In this document: piece by piece, positions 11,188-21,249 of the stretch
Layout of the letters: every line of letters begins with the position of its first letter
Numbering within the stretch: the first letter of the stretch is position 1
Notes under the pieces: generated by a model
What the model was told of the DNA's origin: nothing
Database searches by the model: none
Seen by the model: only the letters and a program-made list of their open reading frames with translations
Assembly (NCBI GenBank): GCA_043228905.1
Contig: JBHGNT010000014.1
Coordinates: 1,984,001-2,048,000, forward strand
DNA length: 64,000 nucleotides
Direction of reading: 5' to 3'
Origin: Azolla caroliniana
Taxonomy: Eukaryota > Plantae > Polypodiophyta
Translations under genes and position numbers: made by a program

Positions 11188-14100
11188 TCAATCTATAAGC
11201 AAGTCAGGCAATGTGGGCTCTTCTGGATGAATGGACTCTTCTAAATTGTCCTCTGTAGCATTGATTGTTTGCTCCGCTAAACCATGCATATGTTCAAATT
11301 CTATTACATCTTCTAGGTCCACAAGGTCCCCTGCGTCTTCATCTATAGGTTCCATTGGCTCTCTCGAAGTCATCTGAAACCTCTCTGTTTCATTGATGTG
11401 CTTCGCTCCGACTTCTTGATCTTGATCCGGACAATCCCAGATTCCTTGGATCCTCATTTTGATGTAGTTAACTTGTTCAGGGTCCTTCTCCAACGCGACA
11501 CAGTTTCTGAACATTTTTAATGCACAAGCTGTAGTAGTACCTGATCGTAAAATAGAAGTGCAGAAGTCAAAATAATAATGAAAGTCTATAACTTAATCAA
11601 ATTAACGAGACTAAACTTATATTACATATACCTGTGCCAGAGAACAAATCCAGAACCCAATCATCTGGGTTTGAGAAGAGCTCGATTAAGCGGTTGATCA
11701 ATCTTTGAGGTTTTTGATAAGGGTTCACAAGGCTCTTTTCACCTGATACATGTCGAAGCTTCTTTGTCACAGCTGGGCACATTATATAATTCACAACGTT
11801 TCTTTCATTAACGTGTGCCCGAGCCTTCTTCTTCGTTATTACATCATAATAACCCACACTAAGATGCTCAACTGCACTAACCATACGATCGCCCGGGCTA
11901 CGTGTAATATTTGTTTTAATCCTATTGAACCCAAAACAAATGAGTTAAAATTTGAATGGAACATATATAAACCACATATCTAAGAGAATATTATCAAAAA
12001 ACAACGTATAACTCACCAATGCATATGCTCTGTTGCATGACATCGTGACTTTAAAGCAGTTGTGACTGACAATGATTGACCCATGCTATGAAATATGACT
12101 ATCCTCCACAATGGTGCTAAGGTCAACTCTGCGAAGTCCTTTACCATCTTCTCAATCTGGGGGTACTTGAAAGGCACATCATCAAACATGGAACCCGTGA
12201 TCCGGAATCCGTACGGTATATCAGCAATAAGTAATGTATAGTGCCTTTTTGGTAATATGTCGAGCATATTCACCACATCCCCCTGGAATACACTATAATG
12301 TAATTGTTTGAAAGGGTCAGCTCTATGCAAAAAACTTTTTACTGTTGCGAAGTCCTCTGGCACTTCCAACTCCTTTCCCTTTGTCATTCTTTTTTCGTAT
12401 TTAGCACGTTCCAAGTGCGTAATGAACGAACTTGGAATACCGTCATTACTATCACCAACTTTCTTTGATCGAGGTGGTTTCTGCAAAATTCATTTCCTAT
12501 AAGGAATATATCTGATAAATGATAATTGAATCTTTTCAAATTGAAAATACACATACCCATTCTCTAAATACAATGAAGAACTCTTCTAATGCCTTATATG
12601 ATGATGTTATTGGGCAAGCTTGTTCGACTTCTTCCCAGGTTGGTAGGCACAATTTTTTCATCATCAATTCTTGTATCTTCATGTATACTTTATGACTAAA
12701 AATAAAATATTAAATGTGAAATCAGTTATCAAAGGAAATGCACAAGAATAAAGAAAAACATTTCAATTTTACATACTTTTGTAACTCAGTCACCATCTCG
12801 TCCAAGCTAAACTCCTTGGCTGCAACTCGAGACAACACAGATATTAACAATATATCGTCTTTAATTCCTTGTAGTGACCTCCAAGGTAGCAACTTCATAT
12901 CTTCGGCCAACTCCTCAATAAATAAGTCACTTTTACGTGACTTTGTCTTCATCTCCACTTGTGGATCTACCTTGGCCTTCTTTGCCCGTTGACCTTTGAC
13001 CTCCTTGCGCTCCCACATGCCAAATATTCTATCCTGGAGATCCCATACCTCACCTGTTCTAAAGGCAAGCTGAAACCATGAGTCATATTTCCGTAGCCCT
13101 TCAGATTTCGTACTCTCATCAACTGCAATACCCACTTCTAGTAAACATTGACGTCGTAAGCCAGGGTTCAACTTGGGTCCAAATCTTTGCAACGCATCCA
13201 AATACTCATGGTGAAAGAATCTGATGCGTTCGATACAAGACATCTTTTGTCTATAATCATTATCATTGTTGTGGTCCCATGCTAACAACTTGGCCTCTTC
13301 ATGAGTAAGACCTGCATATACTTTACATTCTGCGTACTTAAAAAACGGAGTGAGCGGATATTCCTTGACGAGTTGACGTCGGGCTTCAGCTGAATGAGAT
13401 CCTCCGATAACATAATAAGTATAATCATCTGAAGAGCTATATTTAAAATCAGCAACTGTCGGACATTGTTCAGGGTCTACCATAACCAAAAAAGGTACGA
13501 CGGTTGCATGTGGATTTATCTTCATTTTGCTTTTCAAATTTTGTACATGCACTGCATGTGGCTCTCTAATCTCGAGCGTGCGTCTTCTAGTTTCAGGGTC
13601 GATGGGCGGCCTTTGAATTGAAGAAATTGGTAGATGGAAGAGTTGACCTTTTCGCACTAGTTTGGTCCTAGCTATATTTTCTCTAATCCGGTTTTGCTCA
13701 GAAGTCAATACACCGGAAGATATTTGCCCTCCTGGAGGGACAATTTCAAGTTGTTGTTCATCGTCTTCTTCTTCCTCGAACTCCAAGACGTCGAGGTCCT
13801 CGTCATTAGATATTTGTCGTTTTTGATATTTTTTATGTTCCGGTTTTGTTTTCCGAGACTTTTTAGGCGGAGTCTCTGCTTCTGTGCTCATCATCTCTCC
13901 AGTAACATAAGGCCGAAGAGCTACAATAAGATTATTCTTTGTTTGCATATCTTTTCGCAAAGATTTTGGGTGGCATACGTCAGGTACTAGGTTTCCTTCA
14001 TCAACTTGCACTCGCCTTATACCACCTGAGCTCTCAACTTCGAGGAAGATAATGGACGAATCACTGTCTTCATATTCTAAATTACGAACTTTACCATAGG

Positions 14101-16068
14101 GGAAGGTCTTCCCTAATTCAAGCTTTCCTTTTCCTTCCGACGTGGCAAATATGAGGAGCAATACCCCATCTTCTTCAATGTAAGTGAGACTCCATTCTAC
14201 ATGTGAATAATTTTTTAGCTTATGCTCCGTGGACTTATCTTCCACGAGCATAATTTGTTTATTTTTCGTATTCCCTACGGATGATTTCGAGGTCCCATCA
14301 CCCCCGGACTCGAATAATGATCGTCGAGACTTTTCTTTTAAAAAACTCTCCGAGTCATGTTTTGTCGGAGACCGGAACTTCAACTTGAAAGAGGGCACCT
14401 TCGGACGGGGCTCACTGGGGAAGAAAACAAAATATTTTCGTGAAATAAATGTAAAATATACGTGAATACACCAAAACACAACTAAATTCTCTTTAATACA
14501 CCGTAGTACACGTAAAATACACATAAAACGCACCTAAATACACGTAAGTGCACCTAAATACCCTTAACTACATGTAAAACACACCTAAATACACTAAACC
14601 CTAAACAGAATACTCTCCAATACACCTAAGTACACGTAAAATAAACATAAAACACACCTAAATACACGTAAGTAGACCTAAACACACATAAACACTACTA
14701 AATACATATAAATACACCTAAGTACATGTAACAGACACGTAAATACGACGAAATACACCTAAATATACATAAAATACATCTAAATATACCTAAAATAAAG
14801 CTAAAATAAAGCTAAAATAAAGCTAGCACGTCCTCTGAAATCCGATGCAGTGCATCGGATTTCAGAGGATTTCCTATCCTCTCCTCCCTAATCCGATGCA
14901 GTGCATCGGATTTCAGAGGATTTCCTATCCTCTCCTCCCTAATCCGATGCACTGCATCGGATTTGGGAGGTTTTCTGATCATCTCCTCCCTAATCCGATG
15001 CACTGCATCGGATTAGAGAGGACATCCTCTGAAATCCGATGCACTGCATCGGATTTGGGAGGTTTTCTGATCATCTCCTCCCTAATCCGATGCACTGCAT
15101 CGGATTAGAGAGGACATCCTCTGAAATCCGATGCATTGCATCGGATTTGGGAGGTTTTCTGATCATCTCCTCCCTAATCCGATGCACTGCATCGGATTAG
15201 AGAGGACATCCTCTGAAATCCGATGCATTGCATCGGATTTGGGAGGTTTTCTGATCATCTCCTCTCTAATCCGATGCAGTGCATCGGATTAGGGAGGAGA
15301 TGATCAGAAATCCGATGCATTGCATCGGATTAGGGAGGTTTTCTGATCATCTCCTCCCTAATCCGATGCAGTGCATCGGATTAGAGAGGACATCCTCTGA
15401 AATCCATTGCACTGCGTCGGATTTCAGAGGTTTTCTGATCATCTCCTCCCTAATCCGATGCACTGCATCGGATTAGGGAGGAAATCCTCTAAAACGAGAG
15501 GTTTTCTCATCATCTCCTCCCTACTCCGATGCATTACATTGGATTTGGGAGGATATGATACGACATCCTCTGAAATCCGATGCATTGCATCAGATTTCAG
15601 AGGATATATTACGACATCCTTTGAAATCTGATGCATTTCATCGGATTAGGGAGGATTTTCTCCCTAATCCGATGCAGTGCATCGGATTTCAGAGGTTTCC
15701 TGATCATCTTCTCCCTAATCCGATGCACTACATTGGATTAGGGAGGATATGATACGACATCGTCTGAAATCCGATGCATTGCATCGGATTTGAGAGGATG
15801 TCGTATCTATGTGTGTTGTCTTAATTTCCTATCTACCCCCATGCAGTTCATCAAGTTAGCGAGGAAGTACTTTCTAATCCGATGCACTGCATCGAATTAG
15901 AGAGGACATTCTCTCAAGAAACCGAAGAAATTATACATACACCAAACTAATTATAATTAAAGTCACTCAATTTTATAGATAATAAAAAAGAATCTTTATG
16001 GTATCTTTAGGAATCTTTAAATTTGGGTAATAGAAGACTTACTTGCCAACTGTCTTGCTCGATTTCAT
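11188..16068 (-). CDS. ParB/Srx-like domain fused to a beta-class N6-adenine/N4-cytosine DNA methyltransferase, 6 exons, about 969 aa
   Basis: Exons 16068-16043, 14414-12777, 12695-12557, 12480-12017, 11921-11632, 11540-11188 splice GT-AG in frame (2910 nt). MTase motifs: QGDVVNML, LLIADIPYG (motif IV), WIK, NPYQKPQRLINRLI, WVLDLFSGTGTT (motif I), CVALEKD. ParB-like: LPISSI...VQNLKSKM...PFLV...YVIGGSHSAEARRQL...CKVY...EAKLLAWDHN. Exon 1 is the least certain. Confidence 0.88.
14440..14825. repeat. Degenerate ACACCTAAATACACGTAA-type repeats in MTase intron 1
   Basis: Many imperfect copies of cacctaaa/tacacgtaa. Confidence 0.7.
14838..15900. repeat. Array of about 21 23-bp palindromes AATCCGATGCA-N-TGCATCGGATT with 41/51-bp periodicity
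   Basis: Copies start near 14839, 14890, 14941, 14992, 15033, 15084, 15125, 15176, 15217, 15268, 15309, 15360, 15401, 15452, 15523, 15574, 15625, 15666, 15717, 15768 and 15876; the linkers are reused. Confidence 0.95.
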
Positions 16069-16173
16069 GTTAGACTAGTTGTTGACAATGTGTTGATGAA
16101 CACAGAAAACGATGACTTTTTCTAAAGAGTGCTCTGAGCTCTTGAAACGTGTAAGAGATAATGAGTGGTAGAT

Positions 16174-16186
16174 CTCTATTTATATA
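16174..16186 (-). promoter_or_regulatory. Putative TATA box for the MTase gene, in the divergent intergenic region
   Basis: CTATATAAATAGA on the minus strand, about 110 bp upstream of the predicted ATG at 16068. Confidence 0.5.
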
Positions 16187-16434
16187 GTTAACTTAAATTG
16201 TTTTTTTGGAAAATAAAATAATTATTTAAAAAAAAGATTTTCTCTTAAAAAAATACAATATTACACAATAAATTATTATAAAAAATTTACAAAATTAAAT
16301 AATAATATGATGTCAATATACCTTATCTTTTATCCCAAGATGTCTTCATATGGTTTATGTTCATAGACTAGATCTTCAATTCCTAAACTTCTACTTAAAC
16401 AAGAGAAAGGTGTTAATTTAAGTTAGGCTTCAAG

Positions 16435-19188
16435 ATGTCTTGTGCTTCGAGTAGATCATCCTTGTTTTCAGTGGACCCTTATGTTTTATCGAGTAACTCA
16501 TATTTCTCAGTCGATGAGTACAAGGTCCCAAGTGTTTCAAAGGGTCCAGGTGAAAATGTTAGTTGTGATGTTGGTAATAACTCAAACTCACTTTTCTCAA
16601 TTGACCCTTTCAAGAGGCCAGGACAAAGTGGTATACAAGATAGCAAAAGTTGTGCAAGCATTGACAAGGATGAAACCACATCTGGCGAAGCTTGCGTAAC
16701 AAAGCCTCTCACATTCAAAAGAGTTCCTCGACAAGTTAGTGTAAAGAGATATAACTTTTTATGTTCTGATCGTCAAATTGTTTGTGATTCGAGCAAGACA
16801 TGTTGTGGGAATCTATGTCTTAATAAATTTGGAAAGTCAAACTTACGAATAATGCGGGAGAAGTATCTATCACTTAATGGTGAGGAACAAGATACTTTTC
16901 TTATTTCACATATGCAGCTTGTAAGAGATCACGCCACTGGGGCTAGTTCAACGCACGTTGAATATTACCTTGCATTGAGGACTAAGTGTTGTAGAGTTGC
17001 TTTCAAAATTGCTCATAGCATTGGGAACATGAGGCTTCAAAGAATACAACTAAGATTGGTGAAGGGATCGTTTATACCTTTTGATATGAATTCCTCTGGT
17101 AGTAAGGGTCTTATAGGGCGTCATTCTATTAATTGGATGGAGATATATTTCTCAAAGCAATGTGATATTATGCCCACTACTGGGAGATTGCACTTGTCTG
17201 ATAATTTCACTCGTCGTGAGGTGTATCAAGAATATAAAGACGACATGTTGTCACAAGGTGTACCTTACATACAGTATCGACATTTCAATCGATTATGGAG
17301 GTTACAATTTAACAATGTGGTTATACCGCGTAAAGTTCGAATGGGTGTTTGTTCAATATGTGCAAGTTTAAAGAGTATGGCAAAGGGTGGGAAATCAGAT
17401 GATGAAATAAAGAATTACAAGAATCTATTGAAAGAACACCGTGAGAGTCAAGCATTGGAACGTTCTAAAGCTATGCACCACCGACGAAAAGCTCTCCAAT
17501 CACCTGAAAGGTATATGTGTATGATTATTGATGGCATGGATCAGAAGAAGACTTGTTTGCCACACTTTCAAAGGTTGCCAAAGGATATTGGAGATGAATG
17601 CCTTGTACAAATGCATTTAGTAGGTTGCTTGTCATATTGTCAAACAATAAGGCCTCAAGTATTCTTAACTTATCCTAATATCCACAACAACCCTAATCTT
17701 ACAGTTACAGTCATGCAAAGAGTGTTGCAGTCTTGGCCAGGTATACTCTCGCCTGTTCTATATGTGCAACTTGACAATACAGCTAGAGAAAACAAAAACT
17801 CGACTGTTTTCGGTTACTTAAGCATGCTAGTAGAGAAGGGTTTATTTAAGAAGATTAAGGTTAACTTCTTACTAGTTGGTCATACCCATGATCATATAGA
17901 TCAAATGTTTAGTAGGTTCTCAAAGAAATTAGCACGATGTGATGCTTTCACGCTTCCTACGCTAACAATGTTGATCAGTGAAGCTTATACCCCGAAGCCC
18001 GAAGTACATCAGTTGAATGAAGTGTATGATTTTAAACGCTTCTGCATGGATGGTGATGGGGCTCAAGGTAGGGTTCTTGCACCTTTGAATAATATAAGTT
18101 TTAACCATGTCTTCCTCATAAAACGAAGTGATATGAGCCACAACACGACGATGTTGTATGCAAAACAATACTCATCTAGTTCACAATGGGAGCCACAAGA
18201 GGGTTGTAGGTTCTTACTTTATTTTCCAAATACAGAAATCCATGGTGCAGAACAAATGCCGTATGATGACCATAAAAAAATGGTTCATAGCAACTCAATT
18301 GATGAGAAAAAGATATATTGGATGCGATGCCTTGAAGAGAAACAAAGAAATATTGAGCGCACCAAGAAGTATGCTGGTGATCAAGATGTTCAATGGTGGG
18401 ATACCTTCTTTAACCATCAACATACAATTTTAAACAACTACATTGCCGGAGTATGGCCAATCCAAAATGCTTTCACATGGAACATTGGTATGCCGTCAAT
18501 AGTTTCACCTGCTAACCATCAATTAATTGGTAATGTTGAACTCAATAATCTAGTTCGCCCACGACAGAGAGATATTTATGTGGGACCAAGAATATCGCGT
18601 ACTGCAGAGGCAAGATGGCAAGGCAATTTGCATGAACTACAAGTTGGGATGTTAGTTGCAACATTAGCTGGGGATGATGAGTTGGGCCATCCATTTTGGA
18701 TTGCTAAAATTTTGGATATAATGAAGGATGAATCAGGCAATCAAGTTAAGTCCATTGTGGTTCATTGGTATCACACCTCTTCACCAAATCCATTCTCTGG
18801 AAAGTACTCTTTAGAGATGGTTAAGGATGTTGAAGGCACAAGTAGAAAGCGAAGAAGAAAGAATCTACCAAGCACGTCTGTTCTTACATTGGATAATGTT
18901 GACATACTAGTGTATGACTTCTCCTTGACCAAAACAGGCCATCTAAGACAAACCACAATCAAGATATTAAAAGAGAAGATCCCAAATGCGGCTCCAACCA
19001 CTACACAAAGACAAACAAGAAGCATGTCTCATAACCATGGTGATGTTGGATTGCAATTGGATGAAGACAATGCATTGGTTGCCAGTGATGATGAGGATGA
19101 TACCTCACAAAGCTCTTCTAGTTCATCGGATGGGTCTAAAAATGATGGCATAGACTTGGAAAGCGATAGTTTGACACCTGATCTGTAG
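16435..19188 (+). CDS. 917-aa DDD-type transposase (Sola-like) with Cys-rich N-terminal region and C-terminal BAH-like domain
   Basis: Uninterrupted ORF inside TIRs; candidate catalytic motifs IIDGMDQKK, LYVQLDNTARENKN and FLLVGHTHDHIDQMFS; Cys clusters CCGNLC and CSIC..H; C-terminal VGMLV...PFWIAKI...VHWY. Confidence 0.88.
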   Translation: MSCASSRSSLFSVDPYVLSSNSYFSVDEYKVPSVSKGPGENVSCDVGNNSNSLFSIDPFKRPGQSGIQDSKSCASIDKDETTSGEACVTKPLTFKRVPRQVSVKRYNFLCSDRQIVCDSSKTCCGNLCLNKFGKSNLRIMREKYLSLNGEEQDTFLISHMQLVRDHATGASSTHVEYYLALRTKCCRVAFKIAHSIGNMRLQRIQLRLVKGSFIPFDMNSSGSKGLIGRHSINWMEIYFSKQCDIMPTTGRLHLSDNFTRREVYQEYKDDMLSQGVPYIQYRHFNRLWRLQFNNVVIPRKVRMGVCSICASLKSMAKGGKSDDEIKNYKNLLKEHRESQALERSKAMHHRRKALQSPERYMCMIIDGMDQKKTCLPHFQRLPKDIGDECLVQMHLVGCLSYCQTIRPQVFLTYPNIHNNPNLTVTVMQRVLQSWPGILSPVLYVQLDNTARENKNSTVFGYLSMLVEKGLFKKIKVNFLLVGHTHDHIDQMFSRFSKKLARCDAFTLPTLTMLISEAYTPKPEVHQLNEVYDFKRFCMDGDGAQGRVLAPLNNISFNHVFLIKRSDMSHNTTMLYAKQYSSSSQWEPQEGCRFLLYFPNTEIHGAEQMPYDDHKKMVHSNSIDEKKIYWMRCLEEKQRNIERTKKYAGDQDVQWWDTFFNHQHTILNNYIAGVWPIQNAFTWNIGMPSIVSPANHQLIGNVELNNLVRPRQRDIYVGPRISRTAEARWQGNLHELQVGMLVATLAGDDELGHPFWIAKILDIMKDESGNQVKSIVVHWYHTSSPNPFSGKYSLEMVKDVEGTSRKRRRKNLPSTSVLTLDNVDILVYDFSLTKTGHLRQTTIKILKEKIPNAAPTTTQRQTRSMSHNHGDVGLQLDEDNALVASDDEDDTSQSSSSSSDGSKNDGIDLESDSLTPDL

Positions 19189-20164
19189 ATATTGAATTGT
19201 ACATCAAAATGTCAGTTAACGAATATGTATAAATATAGGTGGTAGTCATTTTGTACATTCTTTTGTAAGTTTGGCATGTCTATTATTTAGGCATTTTTTG
19301 AAAGACCTACAATTTTGGACATGCTTAAAATCAATATATTTTTGGGTCATTTTTGAAAATCCTTTACGCATGCGGCACCCCTTTTTGTCAATCGACCTAT
19401 TTTGTGTCTTTTTTTGACGGATAGTTCTTAAAATGCGACATATTACCTGTTTCAAATGTCCCGGTGTTTTGTACTCCCAAGATGCAAAGTTGTTTCGATC
19501 CAACTTCTCGCTATGGAGAGCGCTCCCCATTTGAGTATTTATTGTTGATGAAGCTTTCTTTCTTCTTTTCCTTCTCTCTCAAACACGAGCTATGTAGTCG
19601 CACTACAATAGCGATGAACCGGTTCTTCTCGAACATCGGCGTAGAACACAACACACGCGGATGGACTAGATCGAGCTACCAAACCGCTCTGATACCATGT
19701 AAAGAATCAGATATGATTCTTGTGCAGTGTGAGAGATGTGTGTTATGTGTATGTGTGAGAGGAAAGAGATGAGAGAAGACAAAACACAATATAGATAGAT
19801 TAGATAGAATGGAAAATAGAATACTCAAGAAGGTGTATATTCACAAGGAGAATACCAATTACAAAATGTAGCATTAAAAGCAGTCACAACTGACCTCTAT
19901 GAAGTAGGAGAAGGGTGCTTTATATAAGGTCACCCTCTCTCTTCATTAACTCACTACAAAAACTACTCTCTCTTGGGGAATGTGAAGACTTATAGTCATG
20001 GGGAATATGGAACTCATTAGTTATGTGTCATAGAATATGATTCTATGACACATAGTTAATGTGTAGAGAGTAGTGGTGTGACTCTTGACCTTTGAGTGAT
20101 CATAGATTCTCAAAGGGTGTGTTCACACGTCGCACTAGGTTGAGCTTGATTCTCAACACCTCCA

Positions 20165-20448
20165 TACCTATAAGGCGGAGAGAGAGTAAGAGAGTGTGTG
20201 AGTAACTTTGTAGCCATCTGTGGACGAAGACGAGCTGAAGGTTGTTGCGTTGAAGCTTCTTGTTGTATTCCTCCACCATAGTGATTTTGTTTGGAGTTTG
20301 TGGACTCCCGTGGTTTTTCCCATTTCAAGGTTTCCACGTTAATTTCTTGTGTCTCTATGTTAGTGCATTTTTTTGTTATTTCAGTTTTTTTTTCTGTCAT
20401 TCTGATTTGTGCTTGAGAATCAGTTGTGGCCGATCCCATATTCAACAA
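20165..20448 (+). mobile_element. LTR fragment, homologous in inverted orientation to 24730-25010
   Basis: Shared gagagagtaagagagtgtgtgagtaact...gtgcttgagaatc..cgatcccatat; the 24.7 kb copy abuts a PBS-like TGGTATCAAAGC. Confidence 0.7.
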
Positions 20449-21249
20449 AGAAGTCAAACTAAAAGCAGGAGACATGAAGAAAAGTAAAAGGAGGAAAAGC
20501 GACCACCTAAATACAGTCTGAAAGGAACAATTGTAACTCTTTCATTTGAAACCCAAATATCATGTTGAAATATCGGTTGAAAAAGTTTGTGAAAAGAGCT
20601 ATCTTTAGAATTTTACATCTCTAAATTTGGAGTTCTAGTGAGGGAGATATGAGATAAGAAGGTCGTTATGTCATAGCTAAAAATAGGGGATGAAAAAATT
20701 CTAAAAAAAGCGTGAAAAAGAGAGGAAGGAGGAAGAATAAGAAGATTATAAGAAGTGAGAAGAGGCTGGATAGAAGAGGGGAGGAGAGAAAGTACAAAGA
20801 GGTGAGAAGAAGAATAGGTGAAAAAGAAGGAGATGAAGGAAGGATTTTTACGAGTACGGGAGATAGGAAATCAAATAGTTCTTTAGTTTTGTAGTGGTGT
20901 TTGAAATTTATCCAGTTTGTATTGTCACCATGATATAATATTATAGCATTCTTTTCTCTTCCTTTATCTTATCTCTATCTTTTCTCTATACTCGTCTTCA
21001 CATGGTTTTGAGAACATAACCATTGTTTAAGGTACATTCCAAGAGTGATATTGGAATCTATTGTTCATACACAACCAAGTTGGAAATTGTTGAGCAAGCA
21101 AGTTCAACTTGGGTTGGATCAGATGGAGACCGATTGGCTAGGCCCAAATCGGCTGGATAAGCTGAAAGCCAAATCGGTTACGAAGGCGAATTAGATGGCC
21201 AAGTCAGATGGAAATCAGGTTCTCCTTCCCTTTCTCCACAAATCCCTCT

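Larger units (their letters stand above)
10485..19468. mobile_element. Autonomous-looking cut-and-paste DNA transposon (Sola-like), 8,984 bp, carrying a transposase and a ParB-DNA methyltransferase gene
   Basis: Perfect 37-bp TIRs AACACCGGGACATTTGAAACAGGTAATATGTCGCATT (10485-10521 and reverse complement 19432-19468); 4-bp TSD TTGT (10481-10484, 19469-19472); the empty site restores the copia gag frame. Confidence 0.95.
10414..20158 (-). mobile_element. Ty1/copia (family B) 5' LTR (19698-20158), PBS and start of gag, split by the DNA transposon and cut by copia-A
   Basis: LTR TG..CA; PBS TGGTATCAGAGC at 19686-19697 (minus); gag MGSALHSEKLDRNNFASWEYK (19530-19469) continues as MHQYLVGQGYWSYIKG at 10479-10414. 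Confidence 0.9.

Noticed and set aside
11188-14533. Bacterial contamination or a restriction-modification locus
   Set aside because: The gene has five GT-AG introns and sits within TIRs and a TSD in a plant copia element; no restriction endonuclease partner is visible.
14415-14533. N-terminus of the 603-aa ORF as given in the track
   Set aside because: It is low-complexity sequence upstream of a good splice acceptor at 14415-14416, so probably intronic.
14838-15900. CRISPR array (palindromic repeats with spacers)
   Set aside because: The spacers are a few reused linkers rather than unique sequences, there are no cas genes, and the context is a eukaryotic intron.
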